Virus record (IMG/VR): IMGVR_UViG_3300046753_000522
Location: 1-64,000 of that record
Length of the DNA stretch: 64,000 nucleotides
Strand: one strand, 5' to 3'
From: a virus
The position numbers and the translations under genes were made by a program. Position 1 is the first letter of the stretch; the number at the start of each line of letters is the position of its first letter. The notes below the pieces were generated by a model. That model worked only from the letters and a program-made list of their open reading frames with translations. It searched no databases and was not told the origin of the DNA. Positions 49,701 through 58,934 of the stretch are shown in pieces.

Positions 49701-52446
49701 TTGCGCTGGTTGTTACGCCTCGATCTTCAATGTACCGATTCTCTCGGACGGATGCTGTCAGAGCATAACCCTTGGTGAAGTCGTCAGCAAAGAAACCTGA
49801 CTTGACACGGACGTTACCGTCTGAGTCATATTCAATGAAAGTGCTTGCCTCTTGCTCTAACAGTGTGAGCGAAAGAGTATCCTCAAGGTTGGTGATTCTC
49901 TTGTCGAGTTTTGCGATCTCAGTCATGCGATATCGCTTGTGAGACATCTTCACGATGTCCATGTCCTCGACGTTCTTAGTGTTACCGTTCATATAGACGG
50001 TATACAGAATCATCTCATTTGGTTTCTTCGCGGGGGGAAGTGGTTGCAACGCGGGAATGCCCTTGTTGTAGATCATCTTCCTTCGGAAATTCTGCCTACT
50101 ATATCCGATACAAACGTGGTCGATTCTTTGATGATACCACTGAACATCATAAGTAATTTGATCGCCATCGCGCGGCAACTCAAAACGATCACCGTCTGGC
50201 ATAGTATCAGAGGCGGGATCAAGTTTGCTACGGAAATCAAAGTAGTCATGAAGAGGTATGCGTTGACCTGTTCGACGAGACTGGTATGTCGGAATGTCAC
50301 CATAGTCGAATATGTTACGGTCAGACAGGTCGTATGAGTTGACCGAGAAGTAATCTCCGTCGTTACCCCAATCAAAGTAAGAGACCTTCGCGAAAAGAGT
50401 GGTTACTCCCTGAGGGATCAACGTGCTCTTGACCACAGCAGGTTGATAGAAGTTATCTCTCGCGCCGCCATCAAACGTAACGGCATTGATGTAGTTTGTC
50501 CCTGCTGAGTCGACTTCCGTCAGACTCAACAATTGGAGACCGTCATACAGAGGGTCATCAAATTCAAACGTATCTGCTTGAAGGTCGGGGTCAGAAGAAC
50601 GAGTCAACGTCACCCAATCTTCTGTATAAGTCTTGGACTTAGCAGTTGCGTTGTTCTTTCGCACGTATGCCCAAACAACATAGTCGGAACCTGCGGCACC
50701 AGAAGTAGTAATTACTGCGTCTTGATTAGTTATCTTGACCTTGCCCGCAGGGAGATATTCAGTACTGTTGGTGGTAACATTCAACAGAGTCCACTGACCT
50801 TCGTCTTCAAACGACTCGTTAGCACCACAACGAATGCTTACAGTGACGGTGCCGTCAGGATTATTGACTGACTGATCAAAGAACTGGCGTTGCACAACAA
50901 ACTGCACATCTGTTGCCGATTTAACTCTACCTCCAGGAATCAAATACAGAGAATCGTTCTCGCGAGGTTCCACAACGTAGAGGTTATTGTCCTCGAGATA
51001 GGGTTCCATTACTGCCGCAGAACCATCGGTGTATTGACTGATACCAGTCACGTTCCGCAAGTTTTTATTATCTTGCATCTGTATGTCATATAGGTGAACG
51101 CGGATATGATCTTCGTCCTGAGTACCCATATTTCGGATAGTTTTAATCCTTGCGGTCCCGACCTCTTCGGTGCCGTCCCAAAGTTTATGATTTGTCTGAA
51201 GTTTTAGGTCGCCGCCATTATAGAGGTCGAGTCCTGTATTCGAATCGTCGATATAAGGTATCTGTACATAGTTCTTATACTCAACGTCAGAAGTAGTATC
51301 TGAGTCGTTGGAGAACGTCAGGGGTTTCTCGACACTCATTTCCTTAGGAAGGTCATGTATCAGTCGGAAACCGTCAACGTATGCAATAGGGTTGTTACCC
51401 GCAACCATGTGCGGAATATCGAGAGTGAACGTGTCGCTATCATCTTCCTCGAATCGAATCAAGAAATCCTGCGCAATGAAGTCGCCGGAGGTTTCCTTTG
51501 AACGAATCGCCAATCTTTCTTCGACTTTATTGAATCCACTGCTCGCGTCTTTCTGTGCAATGATTGTACCCTTACGGATCCAAGCGAATGAAACAAAGTT
51601 AGAAACGTCAGCGACGTCTACCTTCTTAATCAACTCCATCTGTATGCGATATCGATCAGCACCTGGAGCAGACAGGTTGGGTCTTGCACCTTGGTTGTCG
51701 TAGAGATTATTGTCGTCGAGTACCGTTACAACATCTTGTGATACCTCAAACCCAACGATTGCGTCTGGGTCTTGGATATATTCGCCAACAATGATTTTCT
51801 GTGAGGGGGCATAGACAAAGTGCTCTTGAACATAGAACTCAGCACTCTGCATACCGTATGCGAGACCCTGACCGACAGACTCGAGAAGGGAGTTGGCGGG
51901 TTTAGTTCGTACAACCAACTCACCAACCTGCGGTACGAAACCAGAGAGAGTTCGGATGTCGGTGATTGTGTCGCCTTCAGAGAAACGCAGAGTTTGCGGT
52001 TGAATGTCGTCGTTTTCTTGACCTTGATTGTTAGAAACGTATCGACCGTACAGCGTTGTGTACTCAGTGTTATCATCTTCGTAGAAGTTAGTCTGTTGAT
52101 GCGTTACCTCAAACTGCAAACCGCCCGTGATACCAGGAATCGCCGGACCTTGGAAAATGACGCCAACATAACTTGAGGGGGTGCTATTGTTCCATTCTTC
52201 GACAATGACATACTCTACGTCGAATAGTGTTCCACCAGCAGAGGGCACAGAAGTTGCCGCACCATCCTGAAAGATATTATTCGCAAATCGACTGATCTGT
52301 CTCTGCAATATTGTTTGCAGAGTAGTAAGTTCCCTCGCTTGTAGAGAACGACCACTATTGAACAGAACTTTGTGGTATCCGTCGCTGTCGAGGAAGTCGT
52401 CTTTATAGACTTCCCTGAATGTTGTTCCTGTAAACTGCTCTGGCAT
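46720..52446 (-). CDS. Large VrlC-like (DUF4815-type) virion structural protein
   Basis: YKDDF...YHKVLF..GRSLQARELTTLQTILQ, APGADRY, KSGFFADDF, DPLAQSF, GSLFLSQNGSTWT; downstream of gp8. Confidence 0.88.
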   Translation of the reverse strand: MPEQFTGTTFREVYKDDFLDSDGYHKVLFNSGRSLQARELTTLQTILQRQISRFANNIFQDGAATSVPSAGGTLFDVEYVIVEEWNNSTPSSYVGVIFQGPAIPGITGGLQFEVTHQQTNFYEDDNTEYTTLYGRYVSNNQGQENDDIQPQTLRFSEGDTITDIRTLSGFVPQVGELVVRTKPANSLLESVGQGLAYGMQSAEFYVQEHFVYAPSQKIIVGEYIQDPDAIVGFEVSQDVVTVLDDNNLYDNQGARPNLSAPGADRYRIQMELIKKVDVADVSNFVSFAWIRKGTIIAQKDASSGFNKVEERLAIRSKETSGDFIAQDFLIRFEEDDSDTFTLDIPHMVAGNNPIAYVDGFRLIHDLPKEMSVEKPLTFSNDSDTTSDVEYKNYVQIPYIDDSNTGLDLYNGGDLKLQTNHKLWDGTEEVGTARIKTIRNMGTQDEDHIRVHLYDIQMQDNKNLRNVTGISQYTDGSAAVMEPYLEDNNLYVVEPRENDSLYLIPGGRVKSATDVQFVVQRQFFDQSVNNPDGTVTVSIRCGANESFEDEGQWTLLNVTTNSTEYLPAGKVKITNQDAVITTSGAAGSDYVVWAYVRKNNATAKSKTYTEDWVTLTRSSDPDLQADTFEFDDPLYDGLQLLSLTEVDSAGTNYINAVTFDGGARDNFYQPAVVKSTLIPQGVTTLFAKVSYFDWGNDGDYFSVNSYDLSDRNIFDYGDIPTYQSRRTGQRIPLHDYFDFRSKLDPASDTMPDGDRFELPRDGDQITYDVQWYHQRIDHVCIGYSRQNFRRKMIYNKGIPALQPLPPAKKPNEMILYTVYMNGNTKNVEDMDIVKMSHKRYRMTEIAKLDKRITNLEDTLSLTLLEQEASTFIEYDSDGNVRVKSGFFADDFTKGYALTASVRENRYIEDRGVTTSAIDPMQRQIYPKQLLSQTNLMWDSDNLALTDNWIGIERQRTTLTNQDIVRKGDLIMLEHEEVLDETMKQEVISWYSDDRSYEERGYYNVNPFNVFANEGFLQVRPSVDRWIDQRRLPDNIINGGTQVVNIGAVDVIPRTWEEQIPALHIAGPRAGQGAGQSQGGEPGRRVIRWNGFEFWQPGVRTVRETIRSEVVSDQVVQQDLGDVTVSLGALPFLRQRRIIGSAKGLRPYTRFWLYFGDVDVSQWVISIPDESGYQALFNQGVMNRNYEDVDVTLNRHPFATAATSNVLKTDEEGKLWFDFWLPNTARVPGGDTFTTLDEWEGWIAAQRNASARYEGSKDARVMNDIGWKFRAGTQTVKLLDVSDNAEEFALSRARTTYSGQGSLNILQRQVLSTRVITNEFFLDREETVRWFDPLAQSFTVDPSLGVPGVFVTSIDVFIRSAPKTSTNGGMDPAIPLQIQIRPVENGVPVNNFISEQHRAYVSADEVYEVVQRIKDGAGLEDLDEVLANPVTFTFPEPFYLQAGAEFAFVLLAECDKYQAFCATTYDLHLGKTNRRVHKQPAKGSLFLSQNGSTWTPKQNQDLAYRIKTAKFKPSGTTNFYNAPLPKFRHNRPTTLNVDENDLTRFRVNHYGHGLGVGDVVGMTGLDSTEEYAGVTGSEIMNPINQVAEADIGGYFVELAGGDTFTANSGFFGSDSVRTNYGFNFDLGSMNMEAVELTSTFIQYDASFITGYSWAEAYLTENNDPRYDVKNQLIQNRMVHRFIKPRYMACEDAENDVQEGKNQPSLIVGTTLNSVQSSNFGINDDSSQGLFGRGFISDVSPFIDLQGMGYTMKNSLIDNQPRDSANTAGELFPNVPTIYVPETHPVAGTSPSKHITRIIGVPSAANGLRVFAQIYRPPAANIDFYYRVAADLDTDLYSVPWTYLEPEVYPRANPEMTEVIDPLIFSEYTWLAGGPGGDLPDFVQYQMKVVFKTTNTTQTPVLRNIRAIAVI

Positions 52447-52457
52447 CTCTTCTTTCC

Positions 52458-53951
52458 TTAAAGGTCGATGACGATCTTAATGTCTTCGGTTTGTTCGTCG
52501 TCACGTTCAATTGGCGATCTATTGTCTATGTAGATAACTTTTCCAGAGAAGTTATTCACTTCTGCGGGTCGTAGGTTTGGACCGAATGCATTCTCACGAA
52601 TACTTGCAGTACCACCACCTTCATTAACAGTTACTTGCTCAGCACTATCATATGGTAGGAATCCTGTCCTTCCGTTTTGATGCACATAGAGAATGTTATT
52701 CTCATCATCAAAGTAGTTAATGATTGACTGCGCACCAGTAGTAGTTCCAGTCACAATCTGGTCGCCAGTAATGTTGTCTGCATTGAGACCACTGGTAACC
52801 CAAAGTTGCTTGTATGCCTGCGCGGTTGGGGCAGACAGTGCAGAGTCTCTTCCAGTCATCGGGAAGTCACCATACTGAGCGGAGTCGCGTAACGGATTCT
52901 GCACCAGACCGATCTGACGGAAGTCATTCTCTACGTTAAAGTCACCGCCCTCAACACCAGTCAGTGTGGTCTGGAACATCAGACCAGAGGAGTTGAGGTC
53001 ACGTCGAGGGTCAGCACCCATTCCTGGATTCTGCGAGGTGATGGCACGGAGTTCAGCACCGCTACCACCACCACCCGAAACGCGAATTGATGCGTGGTGA
53101 TAGTTTTGTCCGAATGAATACAACTCGTCTGATGAGTCATCCTTCATGATGATCTCACCAATGAGACCTCCTGGAGTGATATTGGCATATGCCTTTGCTT
53201 CGACAATCTGTGTTCCATAAATGGGAATGCCCACGATCTCGATTTGCGGACGGGAAGTATAACCCACACCTGCCGAGTCAATAGCAATACCCAATAGTTC
53301 TCCAGGGATTGCTTGCTTCTGAACCTCTAATTGCTTTTGGCGAGTTGTTGACAATTCGTCGTAGGGCGGTCCACCTTCTTCAGAATCTAAAACTCTCTCA
53401 ACAGGCATATAACCTGAAGTTAGATAGTTTCTTGCTTCAACAGTACCGACAGTGTACATGTATCTCCAGATGTATCCGTCGTCTCCAACCGAGAAGGGAT
53501 ACCCCGAAATATCGTTGGGTTTAAACAATGAGTTCTTTGGCGTTCCGTTTGATGCTCGACCTTGCTGTAAGCAGACGAATACGTTGTTCTCATCGGTGAG
53601 GACATAGTAGGGATACTGTATATCGCCAAAGGGTGCGATCTGAGTGTTCGAACCATAGTTGTTATCCCATGCTTCGTAGACCTGACCAGCAGTCCAGTTC
53701 CATCGCGGAACAACGTATGTTACGTTGGGAACCAACTTCATTGACTGGATGCTTTCTTGGAACCTCAGAGTCTCGCCACGAGAACTATTGGGGATAGGTG
53801 GTTGCGCATCGGAATCCCATTCCTCGGTACGACCAATCGCCATATAGAATCGATCAGAATCCTCGTCGGAATCCAAGTCCAGATTCAAATAATCTGCATA
53901 GATCCTATCGAGGATGTCCCACTTAAAAAAGTCTGATACTGTTGCTGCCAT
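52458..53951 (-). CDS. gp8: Baseplate wedge protein (T4 gp8-like)
   Basis: VVPRWNWTAG, YYVLTDENNVFVCL, DGYIWRYMY, NDFRQIGL, SGKVIYIDNRSPIERDDEQTEDIKIVI. Confidence 0.9.
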   Translation of the reverse strand: MAATVSDFFKWDILDRIYADYLNLDLDSDEDSDRFYMAIGRTEEWDSDAQPPIPNSSRGETLRFQESIQSMKLVPNVTYVVPRWNWTAGQVYEAWDNNYGSNTQIAPFGDIQYPYYVLTDENNVFVCLQQGRASNGTPKNSLFKPNDISGYPFSVGDDGYIWRYMYTVGTVEARNYLTSGYMPVERVLDSEEGGPPYDELSTTRQKQLEVQKQAIPGELLGIAIDSAGVGYTSRPQIEIVGIPIYGTQIVEAKAYANITPGGLIGEIIMKDDSSDELYSFGQNYHHASIRVSGGGGSGAELRAITSQNPGMGADPRRDLNSSGLMFQTTLTGVEGGDFNVENDFRQIGLVQNPLRDSAQYGDFPMTGRDSALSAPTAQAYKQLWVTSGLNADNITGDQIVTGTTTGAQSIINYFDDENNILYVHQNGRTGFLPYDSAEQVTVNEGGGTASIRENAFGPNLRPAEVNNFSGKVIYIDNRSPIERDDEQTEDIKIVIDL

Positions 53952-53966
53952 TTTCTATGCCCTTCC

Positions 53967-54794
53967 TTATGATGCGCCGACTACAGATTGTACGGTCACA
54001 CCTGTGTCACTTGATAGATGCCAGTTATTACCTGTCCATATTAAAGATACTACTGCGTTCTGCAGAACATCGATTTGTGCACCGTTTGCAAAGTTTACGG
54101 GTTCAAGGTAGCACTTTGCTACATTAATGTTCACAAACCTTTTAACGTCGCCGATATCAATGCCATCGTCGAGATAAACTCGGAACGGAGTAGATGATTT
54201 ATTAAGTAGAGTCGTCGCCTTTGCAAGTGATGCTCTTGCTTCGTGATTTACAATCGTCTCGTTGTCAAGAACAACCCGACCGTTGACGCGAACAATACCA
54301 CCATTCAAACCGCTCAGGAGGAGGTCAACATCTGCGCTGTCGCCACCGACCGTCAAACTAACGCCACTGATGCTGTCGCCGTTTGTCAGCACCACGTGGT
54401 TCGGTAGTGTTCCGCTACTCCGGAATGCTAAAAGTATGTCGCCGTCAGAGTCATGAATGTCGTCGACAACGGGGTGTAGCAGAGTCTTGTTTTCAAGAAT
54501 GTCAACTGTGTCCTTGAGTACCACAGTGCCCGATGCTGCTGGCAGAGTGATGTTGTAGTTGGCAGAAGTTGCGTCCTCCGCTACCAGTTTGGTGACGTAG
54601 TTGTTCGTGCCTTCGAATATAATTGCGCCCGCAGAGTCGAACGAAATGTTTTGGGACAAGTATGAGTCGGAAGATCCTAAAACTCTCCAAACATTTGCAA
54701 AGTTGTTATTGATCTTCGTAGCAGCATCACGGAGTGTATCACCCTTGCCGTCATTCGCGACTACCCCATTGTTTAGTATTGATCGTGTTGCCAT
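53967..54794 (-). CDS. Baseplate protein with a gp9/gp10-type N-terminal motif
   Basis: GVVANDGKGDTLRDAATKINNNF. Confidence 0.75.
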   Translation of the reverse strand: MATRSILNNGVVANDGKGDTLRDAATKINNNFANVWRVLGSSDSYLSQNISFDSAGAIIFEGTNNYVTKLVAEDATSANYNITLPAASGTVVLKDTVDILENKTLLHPVVDDIHDSDGDILLAFRSSGTLPNHVVLTNGDSISGVSLTVGGDSADVDLLLSGLNGGIVRVNGRVVLDNETIVNHEARASLAKATTLLNKSSTPFRVYLDDGIDIGDVKRFVNINVAKCYLEPVNFANGAQIDVLQNAVVSLIWTGNNWHLSSDTGVTVQSVVGAS

Positions 54795-54821
54795 TACTGT
54801 TGTCCTGTAAATTTATGTTTG

Positions 54822-54829
54822 TATTTATA
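54822..54829 (-). promoter_or_regulatory. T4-type late promoter TATAAATA
   Basis: Perfect consensus, intergenic. Confidence 0.85.
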
Positions 54830-54833
54830 CTGT

Positions 54834-56435
54834 TTACTCATCACTATCAAAGTAGGTGTGAGGATCTTCTTTGTAACTCCAGTTTGAGTTATCTTCTCTC
54901 AAATCTGAGTCTAGGATTCCAGGCGTCTGGTTGTAGTCGAGTATCGGGTTCGCATAACCTGCTTGCGAATATATCTCGGTCGTTAGGGCAATGGGATTCC
55001 CGAAGATATCGGCAAACTCAGTAGTAATATAATCTTCCTGCTCTGTAATTATTATCTCTCCGAATTCGCCGATTCTAGGCGTTCCAATCGGGGGTGTCGG
55101 ATAATTAACCCATTCTGAATTGTGATTAGAATTCCAAGCACTATCATAGTACGACCAGTGATAGTTGTTCTCATCCAACAAGTTCATAGTGTTGGAGAGG
55201 TCTGGCGCCACTTCGTCGAACGTTCGACCATCTGCGATATCCGCACGGTATACGCTTGGATACTGTAAGTGCCACTTCTCGACATTCCTGTAGGAGAACA
55301 TATCGTTTGGTTGCGTTCGTATCTGTGCACCACGCTCTTGTATGTCAGCAGGTCCAGGTCCGATCTCGGTGATATCAGTATGGAAGATAGGTCTCTTCCT
55401 GCGCCACTTGTCTCCGATCGGTGCCCTCTCGATAATCTCTACTGGCGGTGGCGGTTCGATGATGGAAGGTTGCGGTCCAAGGTTAAAGTCGTATTCCGAC
55501 AGAATAACAACCTGACCAGCAAGATACATTCCTGCTGGGTGGATAAATGTTTTGTATGCCTCTTTCCAAGTGTTGACGCCAACGGGTGTTTCGATCAACA
55601 GGGCATATAACTGATAGAATTTGTCGTTGGTAATCTTTTTGTCGGTAACGTCTGAACCGATAGTCGTGTACGGAGTATCCCGCACCGTAGTGATTTTCAA
55701 CTCGGCATCTTCGGGCAACCAAGCATTGTCGTTCATCTCTCGGATGATGGCATCGTTTGGCGCCAGATACTCTTCAGCAGGTTCTTTCTGAGAAGAGGAA
55801 GTTCCCACAAACACCAAGGTACGGTCGATTCTTCTCAGAGTGATGAATCGATTGGTGAAGTCCATGATGTAGTCAAGGTCTTGACGTAGTATGACCCACT
55901 CGCCCTTGGTGTTCTTAATTTCGACCGTTACATCGGCGCCCAAGAAAGTGTATGGGAAGTTACTGCCCCCCAACTGACCCTCACCTTCGTAGATGAGAAC
56001 TTCTTCCAGAGGATCACCAACGTAGAATATCTCGTCCTTACCGTACCGAACATCAATGTCAAACCCGTAGAAGATACGGAAGAACTGACGGATCGAATAC
56101 TCGGTGCCCTTTGACCGATACAGTAGGTTTGAGTATTGTAGTGCTGTTCTCTTGTCGTTGAATGACTCAAAGTATGGTTTGCCTAACAACAACTCGTTCG
56201 CAATGAACGTCAAGAACTCTTGCCGTGCTATTACAATATCTCTCGATATCAGGAGGTCATTGAGTGCCTCCGTCGGCATATTATTTTCTTCAAGTGCTTC
56301 ATAGTATTTGATCAGGAACTTGGTGAGTTCCGGATACTTATCATCAAAATGTCCTGGAAGAACTTCAAAGACGTGATACTTGTCAAAGTCAAGCGCGCGC
56401 CGATAGTTATCTGTTAGTGTCTTATCTAACGGCAT
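54834..56435 (-). CDS. gp7: Baseplate wedge initiator (T4 gp7-like, compact)
   Basis: FLIKYYE, YRSKGTEYSIRQFFRI, FYQLYA, FIHPAGM; follows gp6. Confidence 0.8.
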   Translation of the reverse strand: MPLDKTLTDNYRRALDFDKYHVFEVLPGHFDDKYPELTKFLIKYYEALEENNMPTEALNDLLISRDIVIARQEFLTFIANELLLGKPYFESFNDKRTALQYSNLLYRSKGTEYSIRQFFRIFYGFDIDVRYGKDEIFYVGDPLEEVLIYEGEGQLGGSNFPYTFLGADVTVEIKNTKGEWVILRQDLDYIMDFTNRFITLRRIDRTLVFVGTSSSQKEPAEEYLAPNDAIIREMNDNAWLPEDAELKITTVRDTPYTTIGSDVTDKKITNDKFYQLYALLIETPVGVNTWKEAYKTFIHPAGMYLAGQVVILSEYDFNLGPQPSIIEPPPPVEIIERAPIGDKWRRKRPIFHTDITEIGPGPADIQERGAQIRTQPNDMFSYRNVEKWHLQYPSVYRADIADGRTFDEVAPDLSNTMNLLDENNYHWSYYDSAWNSNHNSEWVNYPTPPIGTPRIGEFGEIIITEQEDYITTEFADIFGNPIALTTEIYSQAGYANPILDYNQTPGILDSDLREDNSNWSYKEDPHTYFDSDE

Positions 56436-58348
56436 TATCTGGTCTCTACAACAATTGCCTTCGTAAATGATTCTTCGGGGTCAAACTTAATGATATTGTT
56501 TAGTTCCGAAACCACCACTGATTCATTCGCAGGTACAGCGAACAGTTTTATGAAGTTCTTACCGCCTGGAACATTCTGTACATTTAGTCCAGTGATTGCA
56601 ACTCTACCCGTCTCAGGGAAATACTCGCCGACATTTTCTATGAGCACGCGACCTGACTGAGTTACAACCTCGAGTGCGCGCGAAGGACCAACACGAAATT
56701 GCGTGGGCGCATTTTCTTCGGTGAGTCGTACTCGGTCGAGCAACTTGTTGCGGATAAAGCAGATTTGATTCTTGTATGTAAACAGAGAAGAGTAAACAGA
56801 CGCTTCGTCAGATTCTTCAGGGATTTGTAATGGTGTCGGGAAAGTCTGCTCATAGTTAAACTCAAAGTTTAGCAGAGGTAGTATTCTTCGTTGTATAACT
56901 GTTCTCGATCTAGAAGAAAGAACTGACGGGTCAGTAGCGTCAACCTGTGTGAGCATGTTTGAGCGACGGAATACCTGATCGAACTTTCCTGTATTCTCTT
57001 CAAAATACTTTGCAATATTTCGTTCTACATTATTACGAATAGTAGAAGAGTTGATGCCAGTCAACGATGGGTTAAACTGGAAGAAAGTTTGTGTTGAAAT
57101 GTATGTTGTAACTGGATCAGTAAACTTCAGATCAAAGGAAACAATTGAGAAGTCATCAGCGAGGGCAAGAATCTTTTTACGGACGTCAGCGATAGTTGAA
57201 TTATCGAGACCCTCTTTCCAAACGATTGAGGTGAACACCTTTCCGTAATCGGGTTTGGGGTCGTCCTCACCGCCCCACGACTTGATGTCCTCAATGAAGG
57301 TGGAGTATCTTTTCAAGATCAAGGCAGAGTAGTCAAGTGATGTTACCATTCGATTCTGCGCAGCATATTGGAACGGTGCGTTCTTGCGCATTGATTCGAT
57401 TGTTTCTTTATCGCCACCCCCAGCGGTAGTAGACAACATTGTAACTGAGATGTTATCGGGACTGATTCCGGTTTCGTTGAGACTGATAGGAGTCTTTAGA
57501 ACCAGTGACCGAATACCGTTTGCTTCCTCACCTCTGGTGCGCAGGTAGTTTACGTTGACGACATTACCTGCTGTCGGTGCTTCACCGAGTGAGTTACCAT
57601 TACCGAACGTCAACTCGTAGTAACCATTCGGTGCCTCTCGCAGAACGTAGAGACGGGAAGTCTCGTCAATGGTAGTAGCATCCAGAAGGTTAGTGTAAAT
57701 GTTGAACGCTGAACCGCCGTCAACTACAGCAGAACCTTGGTCGGTGAACACTTTGATAAGTGCGGTTTCGATATCAATATTCGGATCAGGCACAACGTAC
57801 ACGGTATCTTCTTCTGTGCCAACGATAAAGTCTTGATTGCGCTCGATACCTTCATAAACTTTGATGGGTTCATCAGGCGCATCGAAGGGGGCGAAAGTAT
57901 AGACGCCTGTTCCCTGTGCGTTAGCGACCAACGAGTCACGGTTTGTGAACGTATAGTCGATGTCGTCCTTACTACCACGGAGCACCAACTCTCCAGGTTG
58001 AAGTACGGCGACTTCGGCAAGTCCAGGAACACCAACCGCGTTGATCGTTAGGTCGACCGTTGCTTCTGCTGACTTCTTTGAGTCAGGGATATAACCCAAT
58101 GACTCAGCGAGCGATACAACAGAGGGTCGCAACTGTGCGGTGACGAGGTATGACTCGTTGAGGGCAAAGTTTGCGATAAGTGCGCTGAGGTGAGTGTTGT
58201 GTGATAGAACGTCAAGGATGTTACTGAGACCTGCTCCCTCAAAGTCGTAATCCGCAAACTCTCCGCTTTCTTTCAGGAAAGTCTTGAGAGTTTCTTTGAG
58301 GTTCTGAAAGTCTAATTCTGACGATTTTATTGTTGTTGGTGTTGTCAT
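56435..58348 (-). CDS. gp6: Baseplate wedge protein (T4 gp6-like)
   Basis: ELDFQNLK, DYDFEGAGL, AQLRPSVVSLA..LGY, AQNRMVTSLDY, WGGEDDPKPDYGKVF. Confidence 0.95.
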   Translation of the reverse strand: MTTPTTIKSSELDFQNLKETLKTFLKESGEFADYDFEGAGLSNILDVLSHNTHLSALIANFALNESYLVTAQLRPSVVSLAESLGYIPDSKKSAEATVDLTINAVGVPGLAEVAVLQPGELVLRGSKDDIDYTFTNRDSLVANAQGTGVYTFAPFDAPDEPIKVYEGIERNQDFIVGTEEDTVYVVPDPNIDIETALIKVFTDQGSAVVDGGSAFNIYTNLLDATTIDETSRLYVLREAPNGYYELTFGNGNSLGEAPTAGNVVNVNYLRTRGEEANGIRSLVLKTPISLNETGISPDNISVTMLSTTAGGGDKETIESMRKNAPFQYAAQNRMVTSLDYSALILKRYSTFIEDIKSWGGEDDPKPDYGKVFTSIVWKEGLDNSTIADVRKKILALADDFSIVSFDLKFTDPVTTYISTQTFFQFNPSLTGINSSTIRNNVERNIAKYFEENTGKFDQVFRRSNMLTQVDATDPSVLSSRSRTVIQRRILPLLNFEFNYEQTFPTPLQIPEESDEASVYSSLFTYKNQICFIRNKLLDRVRLTEENAPTQFRVGPSRALEVVTQSGRVLIENVGEYFPETGRVAITGLNVQNVPGGKNFIKLFAVPANESVVVSELNNIIKFDPEESFTKAIVVETR

Positions 58349-58349
58349 A

Positions 58350-58895
58350 TCAGCGTAACCTGTTCATGTTGACTTTCGCTACGAAAGATTCTTGATAGTT
58401 GTCGATTTTAAATTCTACTTTGATCACAACAGTATTGTGTATCTGTTCTCGCAGGATAGTCATTCCCTGCGGTATCTTTTGATTGCTATCCCAGAATTCA
58501 ACATTAATGATCGTTGCTCTTGGTTCGTCCCTTTCAATCGCTCGTGTAATCTCTGTTCGCACTAATTCTTCGGTGTAGTTCTCAACCGTCTCAAAGAGCA
58601 TAGCACGGACGTTAGCGCCAAAGTAGGGATTGTATGGTTTCTCAAAGTAGTTTGTGAGAAGAATATTCTCGACAGACTGTACGACAGCAGCAGCATCTTC
58701 TTTCTTATAGATGTCGCCAACCATCTGACCATCAACCAGAACCATTCTTCCTGACCGTACATCCCATCGATAGACAGGGTCTTGTACAGTTCCAGGTTTT
58801 GGTTGGAATCGTAGATCGATATCCCTGTTTCTGCGGACTCTGGACGTCGCAAGAGTCTTGTTTTTTAATCCTGGTGATACCCGTTTGAGTGCCAT
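58350..58895 (-). CDS. gp25: Baseplate wedge/sheath initiator (T4 gp25-like)
   Basis: DIDLRF, AVVQSVENILLTNYFEKPYNPYFGAN, DEPRA. Confidence 0.9.
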   Translation of the reverse strand: MALKRVSPGLKNKTLATSRVRRNRDIDLRFQPKPGTVQDPVYRWDVRSGRMVLVDGQMVGDIYKKEDAAAVVQSVENILLTNYFEKPYNPYFGANVRAMLFETVENYTEELVRTEITRAIERDEPRATIINVEFWDSNQKIPQGMTILREQIHNTVVIKVEFKIDNYQESFVAKVNMNRLR

Positions 58896-58920
58896 TTCGT
58901 TATCCCACCTTGTATGGGTT

Positions 58921-58928
58921 TATTTATA
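58921..58928 (-). promoter_or_regulatory. T4-type late promoter TATAAATA
   Basis: Perfect consensus upstream of gp25. Confidence 0.85.
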
Positions 58929-58934
58929 CGGTTA

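Noticed and set aside
9927-56435. DS enrichment as a by-product of GANTC methylation-site enrichment (GAY-TCN)
   Set aside because: Many DS use AGY Ser codons, and GANTC still occurs in other frames in the DS-free gp5 region (e.g. about 59099, 59612, 59621). Not formally excluded without a frame-resolved count.
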